Position numbers and translations under genes: made by a program. Source: Candidatus Multivoradales bacterium (GTDB taxonomy: Bacteria; Acidobacteriota; Thermoanaerobaculia; Multivoradales; Multivoraceae). Taken from it: a DNA stretch of 64,000 nt. This document shows, piece after piece, positions 56,073-64,000 of this stretch (position 1 is its first letter; each line of letters starts with the position of its first letter). The notes beneath the pieces were generated by a model. It did no database searches, had not been told where the DNA came from, and saw nothing but the letters and a program-made list of their open reading frames with translations. Location of the stretch: assembly GCA_965223325.1 (NCBI GenBank), contig CBDCWI010000001.1, positions 1,344,001-1,408,000 on the forward strand. Direction: 5' to 3'.

Positions 56073-57838
56073 TGCAGTCGCTCCCAGACCTGCAGGGCCT
56101 TCTGGCGTTCTGCCTGGCCGACCTTTCTCAGGTCAAGAATCTTGTTCGCCCAGGCGGTGTTGCCGAACTTATTGTAGACGCCCAGGGCACCGTACTCAGC
56201 CCGTGTGAGAGGGTGCAGGCCCAACCCCGAGACAGGAAAGAAGCTCGAGTTGTGGACGCCGTAGATCCGCCCGTTCACCAGGAACTGGTCTCCCACGCGT
56301 ACGGCTCTCCCGGCGCGAATGGCCTGCACGTCTGCCGGCATGTTGACCCACGGTTCAGCCACTGTGTTCGCGTCCTTCTTCACTGACCCCTGGCTCACCT
56401 TCTCCGCTCGATGGCGAACGCCGGGGTTCCCGTAACGTCCCCAACGCTCGACGTCGTAGTTGGGCCGCGAGGCAGAACTGTTCGACGGTGCCACCCGCTC
56501 GGCCTGGAGCGGTGCCGAGCCGCGCGGGGTGAAACGGCCAAGCCATCGCTGCCCCATCGCACCCATTCCCATCATCGCCAGGTAGGAGGTGAGTTGAAGC
56601 GCCTTCTCCCCCTGGTTGACCCTGGTGCCCTTGACGGGTTCCGTCCCCGTAGCTGCGGCGATGCCGGTCTCTGTCAGGAAGTGTGCCGGGTTGAGGCCCT
56701 TGACGAACTCGTACGTCATGTCGATGTTCTTCCGCCAGGCGTCGTTGCCGAAGAGCAGGACATACTTGGCTCGCCTTTCGTTCTTCACGGCTGCATCAGG
56801 GCCGCTAGCGATCTCCCAGGCATCTTGCTGCCCCAGGATGGCGATCGCCTCTTCCTCAGTGAGCCGTATGCTTCCGATCTCGTTGGCCGTGAGGTTGCCG
56901 TCTCCCAGCGCACGGTAGAGTTCTGTCGTGGGCAGTGCCGGCTGCCGGGACGCCGGGACGGTTCGTTGGGCCGAGTCGGTGTTGGCTTCCTGACTGACTC
57001 GGCCCGGGACCGTAACGCGTTGGCCGATCTGGAGCCTGGTCGGGTCGACATCGGCATTGGCTTCTAGAAGATCCTCGGTCCTCATGCCGAGCGAGTTCGC
57101 GAGGGCGTCTATGGTGTCGCCGTCCTGAATGACGACTTCGAAGCCTGAGCCGGCCTCGGATAGGACGAGAACCGGGTCGCGAAACACCGGCGTCCAGGAT
57201 GTCTCTCCCTCTGCTTCGCTGAGGCCGTGGAACCAAGCCGCGTCATCGAGGCTGAAGTCTCGGCCTGCCTCGAAGTCATTGGTGAAGGAGAAACCGCCGA
57301 AGTCGACGCTCGCTTCCGGCCAGGCGTCGTCTTGCTGCGGCAGACCGCCCCAGAGGCTGAACTCTGCAGGCTCGGTGTCAAAGCCTGGGGCATCCCAGTT
57401 CCATTCGAAGTCGTCGAGCCCCAACCCCAGCTCCTGATCTTCGGTGGTGCCGATGTCCCAACCGAAGTCCCAGCCGAGGTCGAACTCTCGCGGTTCTTCG
57501 TGGAGGTTGGAAGTGCCGAAATCGTAGGGCGACCGGTCGAGACTCCAGTCGGCACCGAACGGATCGCCATAGGAGAAGTCGGAGCCGGTGTTCCAGAGAT
57601 TCTCGGCGTTGGCGCCGAAGTCAGTGCCGAAGTCCGCATCGAACTCGAACCCGAGGTCGAAGGTCGCGGGCGGCTTTGTGTTCGAGTCGAAGAGTGAGCC
57701 GAAGCCACCCGAAGCTGACGGTTCGTAGCTGTCGTGCCCGAGGCTCGGCGAGGTCCCGAAACCGCCGTCAGTGCCTCCGAAGGTGTCACCCAGGTTGAGG
57801 CTGAAACCCGAGGGGTTGTCGTTTCTGATGTCGGTCAT
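56069..57838 (-). CDS. Putative polymorphic toxin A: shared N-terminus, LysM, pre-toxin TG-like segment, basic C-terminal tip
   Basis: LysM IQDGDTIDALA..LGMRTEDLLEAN...LQIGQRVTVP; AATGTEPVKG; tip DVQAIRAG...NGRIYG...FPVSG.G...L.R..Y.ALGVYNKFG. Confidence 0.75.
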   Translation of the reverse strand: MTDIRNDNPSGFSLNLGDTFGGTDGGFGTSPSLGHDSYEPSASGGFGSLFDSNTKPPATFDLGFEFDADFGTDFGANAENLWNTGSDFSYGDPFGADWSLDRSPYDFGTSNLHEEPREFDLGWDFGWDIGTTEDQELGLGLDDFEWNWDAPGFDTEPAEFSLWGGLPQQDDAWPEASVDFGGFSFTNDFEAGRDFSLDDAAWFHGLSEAEGETSWTPVFRDPVLVLSEAGSGFEVVIQDGDTIDALANSLGMRTEDLLEANADVDPTRLQIGQRVTVPGRVSQEANTDSAQRTVPASRQPALPTTELYRALGDGNLTANEIGSIRLTEEEAIAILGQQDAWEIASGPDAAVKNERRAKYVLLFGNDAWRKNIDMTYEFVKGLNPAHFLTETGIAAATGTEPVKGTRVNQGEKALQLTSYLAMMGMGAMGQRWLGRFTPRGSAPLQAERVAPSNSSASRPNYDVERWGRYGNPGVRHRAEKVSQGSVKKDANTVAEPWVNMPADVQAIRAGRAVRVGDQFLVNGRIYGVHNSSFFPVSGLGLHPLTRAEYGALGVYNKFGNTAWANKILDLRKVGQAERQKALQVWERLQ

Positions 57839-57939
57839 GGCGCGGGGCTCCGGAAGGCAGGGGTGCGCTGTCTATCGCCTTCTTCCGAAATCGAGCGACG
57901 TTGTTACCGGCCAACGGAGTGGGCCATTGCGCCTGAAAC
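57173..57939. repeat. Direct repeat copy 2
   Basis: See copy 1. Confidence 0.93.
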
Positions 57940-58096
57940 GACTGAGATGCCCGTCGAGACCTCGCCTCGTTTCGCCTGGATCAACCCACGGCAACCGGCT
58001 TCGAGCCCCTGGAGACCCGCCCTGAGCGGCCGGACCTCTGGCTGCACAGGTCAAAGCGCACCATTTTCGGGGCAATTCTCACGTTTTTCAGCCTAA

Positions 58097-58130
58097 AAAT
58101 GTGCAGATCATCACATAAAACTCCTATAAT
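58097..58130 (+). promoter_or_regulatory. Sigma70-type -10 (TATAAT) with CRP/FNR-like box
   Basis: aaaTGTGC-agatca-TCACAt at 58100-58115; TATAAT at 58125-58130, 6 nt before the ATG. Confidence 0.55.
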
Positions 58131-58136
58131 GAATGC

Positions 58137-59444
58137 ATGAACAGGAGCCTCTACGCTGAGCTGGTGGCCTGGAAGGCCTCACAGCGCCGGAAGCCTCTCC
58201 TCCTCCGCGGTGCGCGCCAGACGGGCAAGACGTTCCTTCTTCGCGATTTCGCCGCGCGCGAGTACGAGCGGGTCGTCTATCTCGACTTCGAGGAAGACCC
58301 CGCACTCGAGGGTTTCTTCGAGCGCGACCTCGACCCTCACCGCATCGTGTCTGAGTTGTCGGTCTACCAGGGCGTCGACATCGAGCCCGGGAGGCACCTC
58401 CTGGTCTTCGACGAGATCCAGGTCTCCAACCGGGCTCTCACCTCCCTCAAGTACTTCCACGAACAAGCCGCCTCCTTCCACGTCGCTGCGGCCGGTTCTC
58501 TTCTCGGCGTGAAGATGTCTGAGCCTGGCTCGTTCCCGGTCGGCAAGGTGAACCTGCTCGATTTGTATCCCCTCAGCTTCTCGGAGTTCCTGGCCGCGAT
58601 GGGAGAGGGCCGCTACGCCTCGCTGCTCTCAGGGCTCGAGGGGCCGGAGCCGCTTCCCCCACCGATCCATGCGGACCTCATCGCTCTGCTGCGCGCGTAC
58701 TACTTCGTCGGTGGCATGCCCGAAGCGGTGGCGCACTACGCTCAGTCGCGGAACGCGCGAGAGACTCGGAAGATACAGGCCGAAATCGTCGAGTCCTACG
58801 TCTTGGACTTCGCCAAGCACGCCGCGCCCACAGACATTCCGAAACTGAGCCTGATCTGGAGTTCGCTGCCTCGGCACCTGGCCAAGGAGAACAAGAAGTT
58901 CATGTTCTCGGCGGTCCGCAAGGGCGCCCGTGCTAGGGAGTACGAAAACGCTCTTTCATGGCTTCGCGACGCCGGCCTGATTCACTACTGCCATGCGGTT
59001 TCGGCGAGTCGGTCGCCGCTTTCGCACTACGCGGAGCGCAGCATCTTCAAGGTCTACGCGCTCGATGTGGGTCTGCTCGGTGCCATGGCGCGCACGCCCA
59101 TCGAGCTTGGAGTCCAGGGTGAGCGCCTCTTTACCGAGTATCGCGGCGCGCTAGCCGAAAACTATGTAGCGCAGGAGCTGGTGGCGAGAGGTCAACCGGA
59201 GCTCCACTACTGGCGGAGCCGGGGCGGACGAGCAGAGCTCGACTTCCTGTGTCAGCTCGGAGATGCCATCGTTCCGGTCGAGGTCAAGGCAGGTGAAAGT
59301 CGCCGTAGTCGGAGCCTGCACTCCTATGACCAGCAATTCGAACCGGACACGATGGTTCGGGCCAGCCTTCGGAATCTGAAGAAGGACGGGAAGATCTGTA
59401 ACGTTCCGCTGTATGCGGTCTCTGAGCTGGAACGTCTCGTCTGA
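58137..59444 (+). CDS. AAA+ ATPase (AAA_14 + DUF4143, C-terminal PD-(D/E)xK-like)
   Basis: GARQTGKT, VFDEIQ, AAGSLLG, GGMPE, KVYALDVGL, ELDF...PVEVK. Confidence 0.93.
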   Translation: MNRSLYAELVAWKASQRRKPLLLRGARQTGKTFLLRDFAAREYERVVYLDFEEDPALEGFFERDLDPHRIVSELSVYQGVDIEPGRHLLVFDEIQVSNRALTSLKYFHEQAASFHVAAAGSLLGVKMSEPGSFPVGKVNLLDLYPLSFSEFLAAMGEGRYASLLSGLEGPEPLPPPIHADLIALLRAYYFVGGMPEAVAHYAQSRNARETRKIQAEIVESYVLDFAKHAAPTDIPKLSLIWSSLPRHLAKENKKFMFSAVRKGARAREYENALSWLRDAGLIHYCHAVSASRSPLSHYAERSIFKVYALDVGLLGAMARTPIELGVQGERLFTEYRGALAENYVAQELVARGQPELHYWRSRGGRAELDFLCQLGDAIVPVEVKAGESRRSRSLHSYDQQFEPDTMVRASLRNLKKDGKICNVPLYAVSELERLV

Positions 59445-59523
59445 CGGCGGTGGCGCGCCACTCCAGAGTGGGTCCATCGGTTGGCGGGCAGTCTGCCGCA
59501 AGCGTCGAAGCACCCAGCTTCGG

Positions 59524-59570
59524 GTCATCGAGGTTGACGTCTCGGCCCGCCTCGAGGTCGTCGGCGAGGG
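59524..59570 (-). pseudogene. Degenerate relic of the toxin N-terminal region
   Basis: 39/47 nt match to 57242-57288; translates LADDLEAGRDVNLDD versus FTNDFEAGRDFSLDD. Confidence 0.6.
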
Positions 59571-59629
59571 CGCCCTCTCCTCGAGCCCCGTGTCGAGTTA
59601 ATCTGTCTCACTCACTGACTATGATTGTC

Positions 59630-59638
59630 TGATACTAT
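59630..59638 (+). promoter_or_regulatory. Extended -10 promoter element (TGaTACTAT)
   Basis: TGn + TACTAT in an AT-rich patch, 8 nt upstream of ATG 59647; no SD visible. Confidence 0.45.
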
Positions 59639-59646
59639 TCTTTGTA

Positions 59647-60150
59647 ATGTCTGCCATTGATCTCGAAGCGTCTCTCGAGAAGGCCCAGGAGAGGCTGGGC
59701 TCCGACAAACCGCGTCGCCCACGCAGCGACCGGGGCGAGCCGCGCCTGGACCCTGCGATTCGCCAGGAGATCCAGCGACTGTTGCTTGCTCAGGAGCGGC
59801 CAGCGGTCAAGGCGATGCAGGCTGAACTCGAAGCGTTCTGCAGGCAGCGAGGAAAGAAGATGCCCGCGCGGTCCACGCTCTATCTGGCCATGGCGTCGTT
59901 TCCCGCTCACGCCTACCGGATCGAGGACCTCCCGCCTGGCCCGCGCCGCGCCCTCTACAACCTTCCGACGACAGGAGAGGTGCCGGGGCACCAGCTGGCG
60001 TTCTACTGCCTCAACTACGGCGACCTCGAAGCGATCAGCTTCGCCGGCGGTATGCCCTGGCTGGCGCTCTACCAGGCAGCTCGCATGCGGGGCTGGCGCG
60101 AGCGCAGTCGTGGCCTTCTCGATGCGATCTGCCGTGTCCGCCGCATCTAG
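59647..60150 (+). CDS. Putative DNA-binding antitoxin partner (HTH resembling TnsB/TniA DNA-binding domain)
   Basis: RRPRSDRG..RL......I..LL....RP...........C...G...P.RSTLY; directly upstream of the AbiEii-like gene. Confidence 0.62.
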   Translation: MSAIDLEASLEKAQERLGSDKPRRPRSDRGEPRLDPAIRQEIQRLLLAQERPAVKAMQAELEAFCRQRGKKMPARSTLYLAMASFPAHAYRIEDLPPGPRRALYNLPTTGEVPGHQLAFYCLNYGDLEAISFAGGMPWLALYQAARMRGWRERSRGLLDAICRVRRI

Positions 60151-60162
60151 GGAAGCCTGAAG

Positions 60163-60828
60163 GTGAGTCGCTACAAGCCGGAGCAGGTCATCCCAGGCGC
60201 GATTCGACCGGTTGTCGAACCTCTTCCCTACTGGTTCGTCATCGGCGGCCACGCCGTACGCTGCTTCTGCCCTTATCGCCCGACCCGCGATGTCGACTTC
60301 GGGGTGCGCGAGGCGCCTTCGATCGAGGCCCTGCTCGGCGCGCTCGAAGAAAGCGGCACGACCGAGGTTCTCGACAAGAGCGCCGACACGGTGCATCTCA
60401 CCTGGAACGGCATCGGGGTATCGATCTTCCTGCTCGAGGAGATCGGCCGCTACACCGAGGAGCGCCGCCTGGACGTCAAGGGCATCCTCGCCACCAAGGT
60501 GCACGCCATCATCGACCGCGGCACACGTCGCGACTTCTTCGATCTCTACGTGACGCTCCAGGACCAGCAACTGGGGATCGCCGAGGCGTTGGTCGCGCTG
60601 CGTACGGTCTACGCCCAGGAGATCAACGACTCGCTGGTGCTGCGCGCGCTGACCTGGTTCGAGGACGCTGAGCGCGAGGCCCCACTGCCCGGAGAGGGCG
60701 GGAAAGACTGGCAGAAGGTCCAGGACTTCTTTCTGACGCGCGTTGGCTCGCTGATCGTGCCGCCTTCTCATGTCCTCGAGATCCAGCGTCTGCTGGTCGA
60801 TGTCGATGGAGAACCATCCAGCCCCTGA
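60163..60828 (+). CDS. AbiEii/AbiGii-family nucleotidyltransferase toxin
   Basis: VIGGHA, RPTRDVDF, KVHAIIDRGTRRDFFDLY. Confidence 0.85.
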   Translation: MSRYKPEQVIPGAIRPVVEPLPYWFVIGGHAVRCFCPYRPTRDVDFGVREAPSIEALLGALEESGTTEVLDKSADTVHLTWNGIGVSIFLLEEIGRYTEERRLDVKGILATKVHAIIDRGTRRDFFDLYVTLQDQQLGIAEALVALRTVYAQEINDSLVLRALTWFEDAEREAPLPGEGGKDWQKVQDFFLTRVGSLIVPPSHVLEIQRLLVDVDGEPSSP

Positions 60829-60899
60829 GGCCGCCTGGAAAGAGCCGCCACCCGACCACCGTCCCGGACCGACCGCCTTCCTGGCGGTAGACTCAGCCC

Positions 60900-61835
60900 A
60901 TGTCCCAAGCTGCCTCGATCCCATGGGCGCCTGTCGCCAGCATTTCCGACGTTCCTCCCTCGCCACCTGTCGATCAGGTGGGAGCTGACGAACGTGCCGC
61001 GCGGCTGGGGACGCGCTCGATCAAGAAGGAAAGCAAGCGCGAGGCGCTTCACCTTGTTCTTTCAATGATCGACCTGACGACCCTCGAGGGCGCCGACTCG
61101 GAGGGCAAGGTCAAACGGCTGTGCGCGAAGGCAAAGAACCTGCATAGTGCGCTCCCCGGCCTGCCGCACGTCGGCGCGGTGTGCGTCTATCCCAACTGGG
61201 TGAAAACGGCAGTGGCACAACTCGAAGGCACCGGCATCGGCATCGCTTCGGTGGCCAGCGGCTTTCCCAGCGGTCAGATTCCGCTCGAACTGCGTATCGA
61301 AGAAACCTCCCGCGCAGCCGCAGACGGAGCAACCGAGATCGACATGGTCATCTCGCGCGGTCGTTTCCTGGCTGGCGATCATGACTACGTTTTCGAGGAA
61401 GTTCAGGCGCTCAAGGAAGCCTGCGGCGACGCGCACCTCAAGGTCATCCTCGAGACCGGCGAACTCGAGACCTACGACAACGTGCGGCGCGCGAGCGATG
61501 TGGCAATGTACGCCGGCGCCGACTTCATCAAGACCTCGACCGGCAAGGTCAAACCCGCAGCCACCCTACCGGTCACGCTGGTGATGCTCGAGGCCATTCG
61601 TGACTTCTGGTACGCCACCGGTCACCGGGTCGGGATGAAACCGGCGGGCGGCATCTCGAACTCCAAGCTGGCCATCAAGTATCTGGTCATGCTCCAGGAG
61701 ACTCTCGGGCGCGACTGGATGAACCCCGAGCTCTTCCGCTTCGGCGCATCGTCGCTTGCTAACGACGTGTTGATGCAGATCGCCAAACAAGAGACCGGCC
61801 ACTACCAGTCTCCCGACTACTTCTCTCTGGGTTGA
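60900..61835 (+). CDS. deoC: Deoxyribose-phosphate aldolase
   Basis: IDLTTL, AVCVYP, GATEIDMVI, LKVILETGEL, FIKTSTGK, KPAGG, RFGASSL. Confidence 0.96.
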   Translation: MSQAASIPWAPVASISDVPPSPPVDQVGADERAARLGTRSIKKESKREALHLVLSMIDLTTLEGADSEGKVKRLCAKAKNLHSALPGLPHVGAVCVYPNWVKTAVAQLEGTGIGIASVASGFPSGQIPLELRIEETSRAAADGATEIDMVISRGRFLAGDHDYVFEEVQALKEACGDAHLKVILETGELETYDNVRRASDVAMYAGADFIKTSTGKVKPAATLPVTLVMLEAIRDFWYATGHRVGMKPAGGISNSKLAIKYLVMLQETLGRDWMNPELFRFGASSLANDVLMQIAKQETGHYQSPDYFSLG

Positions 61836-61843
61836 ACCGCGCT

Positions 61844-63376
61844 ATGTCTGAAACCACTTCGAACGGCTTCGCAAGCCGCCGCCTGAACCTCGGCGGCCTC
61901 GCCTACGCGCCCGCACCCGAGAACACCGAGCCGATCAACCTCCGTGAGCGCTACGGTGTGTTCATCGACGGCGAATTGCGCGAACCCCGTTCTGGGCAAT
62001 GGTTCAAAACCATCGACCCCGCGACCGAGAAACCCCTCGCCGAAGTCGCCGAGGCCGGCGAAAGAGACGTCGACGCGGCGGTCGCCGCAGCGCGTCGTGC
62101 CTTCGACGGCGAATGGTCGGCCATGCCGGCGCGAGAGCGCGGCAAGGTACTTTTTCGCGTCGCGCGGCTCATTCAGGAGCGGGCGCGCGAGCTGGCCGTG
62201 GTCGAGTCGATGGATGGTGGCAAGCCAATTCGCGAGTCCCGAGACGTCGACATTCCGCTGGTGGCTGCCCACTTCTTCTACTACGCCGGCTGGGCCGACA
62301 AGCTGGCCTGGGCCGCACCGGGGGCATCAACGAAGCCGCTGGGCGTCGCCGGGCAGGTCATTCCGTGGAACTTTCCACTCCTGATGGCGGCCTGGAAGTT
62401 GGCGCCCGCGCTGGCGGCCGGCAACACGGTGGTTCTCAAACCAGCCGAGACCACTCCCCTCACCGCCATGCTGCTCGCCGAGATCCTCACCGACGCAGGC
62501 CTCCCGGCCGGCGCAGTCAACATCGTTCCAGGGGCCGGCGCCACCGGCGCCGCTTTGGTGGGTCACCCGGGAGTCGACAAGGTGGCCTTCACCGGCTCGA
62601 CCGAAGTCGGCAAAGAGGTCCTACGCACGCTCGCACCGACCGAGAAGCGCTACACCCTCGAGCTCGGCGGCAAGGCCGCCAACCTCGTGTTCGAAGACGC
62701 CGCCATCGACCAGGCCGTCGAAGGCATCGTCAACGGCATCTTCTTCAACCAGGGGCACGTGTGTTGTGCCGGATCGCGGCTTCTGGTGCAAGAAGGCATT
62801 GCCGATGTGATCGTGCAGAAGCTCCAGGACCGCATGGACACCCTGATCGTCGGCGACCCGCTGGACAAGAACACCGATATCGGTGCGATCAACTCAAAAG
62901 AGCAGCTCGAGCGCATCGAGGGCTATCTCGAGATCGGCCGGGACGAGGGCGCGGGCATCTACCAAACGTCGTGTGCCGTCCCCGAATCCGGCTACTGGTG
63001 CCGGCCGACGCTCTTCCTCAACGCCAGCCCAGCACATCGCGTCGTCCAGGAGGAGATCTTCGGCCCGGTTCTCAGCGTCCAGACCTTCCGTACCGTCGAC
63101 GAAGGGATCAAACTTGCCAACAACACGCCGTACGGTTTGTCCGGTGGCGTGTGGACCGACAAGGGCGCCCGCGCCTTCCGCGTTTCGAACAAGATCCGAG
63201 CCGGCGTCCTGTGGGCGAACACCTACAACAAGTTCGACCCCACCTCGCCGTTCGGCGGCTACAAGGAAAGCGGCAGCGGTCGTGAGGGCGGGTTGCACGG
63301 TCTCGCCGAGTACCTCGACATGACTCCCCTGGGAACGCCCGAAAGTTCATCGGTATCCCAAGGAGGTGCAGCATGA
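61844..63376 (+). CDS. Aldehyde dehydrogenase
   Basis: IPWNFP, KPAE, FTGST, LELGGK, GHVCCAG, EEIFGP. Start ATG 61844 or TTG 61832. Confidence 0.95.
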   Translation: MSETTSNGFASRRLNLGGLAYAPAPENTEPINLRERYGVFIDGELREPRSGQWFKTIDPATEKPLAEVAEAGERDVDAAVAAARRAFDGEWSAMPARERGKVLFRVARLIQERARELAVVESMDGGKPIRESRDVDIPLVAAHFFYYAGWADKLAWAAPGASTKPLGVAGQVIPWNFPLLMAAWKLAPALAAGNTVVLKPAETTPLTAMLLAEILTDAGLPAGAVNIVPGAGATGAALVGHPGVDKVAFTGSTEVGKEVLRTLAPTEKRYTLELGGKAANLVFEDAAIDQAVEGIVNGIFFNQGHVCCAGSRLLVQEGIADVIVQKLQDRMDTLIVGDPLDKNTDIGAINSKEQLERIEGYLEIGRDEGAGIYQTSCAVPESGYWCRPTLFLNASPAHRVVQEEIFGPVLSVQTFRTVDEGIKLANNTPYGLSGGVWTDKGARAFRVSNKIRAGVLWANTYNKFDPTSPFGGYKESGSGREGGLHGLAEYLDMTPLGTPESSSVSQGGAA

Positions 63377-64000
63377 GCATCGCCCCCGAAAAGGAAGCCA
63401 GAGACCGCCCAGCAGTCGACCTGGACGGCCTGGATCAGACACAGGGCGCCTCGAAACGCCAGCGGCTCGCGGTTTCAAAAACCTACAAGCTCTACATCGG
63501 GGGCGCCTTCCCGCGTACCGAGTCGGGGCGCTACGACCGCGCCGCGAACCCCAAAGGCGAGCTGTTGGCAAACGTCTGCCGAGCGTCGCGCAAAGACTTT
63601 AGGGAAGCAGTCGTTGCAGCGCGCGCCGCCCAACCAGGCTGGGCCCAGCGCTCGGCCTACAATCGCGCGCAGATCCTCTACCGCATCGCCGAGATGCTCG
63701 AAGGCCGCGGCGAGCAGTTCGAAGCCGAGCTGCGTGCTCACGGTGCGTCGGCGAAAGACGCGCGGCGCGAGGTCGAAGCCACCGTCGACCGGCTGGTCTA
63801 TTACGCCGGCTGGGCAGACAAGTACCAGCAGGTCTTCGGGTCGGTGAACCCGGTCGCCTCGTCGCACTTCAACTTCTCGCTCCTCGAACCGATGGGCGTG
63901 ATCGCGCAGATCGCCCCCGAGGCAAGTGCCCTGCTCGGCCTGGTGTCGCAGATCGCACCCGCGATCGTAGGCGGCAACACCGTTGTTGCGCTCGCGTCAC
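63373..64000 (+). CDS. Second aldehyde dehydrogenase family protein, 3'-truncated by window edge
   Basis: AGGAGG RBS and ATGA overlap; KTYKLYIGGAFPRTESGR, YYAGWADK, EPMGV. Confidence 0.9.
   Translation, partial: MSIAPEKEARDRPAVDLDGLDQTQGASKRQRLAVSKTYKLYIGGAFPRTESGRYDRAANPKGELLANVCRASRKDFREAVVAARAAQPGWAQRSAYNRAQILYRIAEMLEGRGEQFEAELRAHGASAKDARREVEATVDRLVYYAGWADKYQQVFGSVNPVASSHFNFSLLEPMGVIAQIAPEASALLGLVSQIAPAIVGGNTVVALAS

Noticed and set aside
59647-60150. Active transposon or IS element
   Set aside because: No catalytic DDE region, terminal inverted repeats or target duplication seen.
59635-60966. 443-aa - strand ORF
   Set aside because: Antisense to the TA-like pair; no recognisable domain.
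61999-63285. 428-aa Arg-rich + strand ORF
   Set aside because: Alternative frame inside the aldehyde dehydrogenase.

Overview
High-GC bacterial chromosomal segment. The gene repertoire (acidobacterial-type VWA protein, DUF4388, dockerin-like tail, paralogous PQQ quinoproteins and heme-c/Cu-monooxygenases) suggests an Acidobacteriota-like Gram-negative organism; this is inference only. About 50 CDSs are supported, including housekeeping genes rsmE, aroC, a selD fusion, bolA and deoC with aldehyde dehydrogenases. I found no rRNA, tRNA, CRISPR array or intact transposase. The best candidate for an undescribed system is a tandem polymorphic-toxin locus at 52.4-57.9 kb. It holds two genes sharing a near-identical acidic, aromatic, FG-rich N-terminal region followed by LysM, with unrelated C-terminal tips. 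Each is coupled to a small immunity-like gene, and a frameshifted orphan tip with a duplicate immunity gene lies between them. A third relic of the N-terminus sits at about 59.5 kb, beside an AAA ATPase and an AbiEii-type module. Other leads are a CruR/DUF2946-like CxxC + RGPP arrest-peptide uORF upstream of a His/Asp-rich TonB receptor, a CHAT protease / anti-sigma-like / subtilase triad without a sigma gene, an NHLP-type RiPP precursor at the left edge, a probable CTG start codon, and a strand-polarised 12-bp G-rich intergenic repeat. All family assignments come from motif recognition by eye, not database searches.
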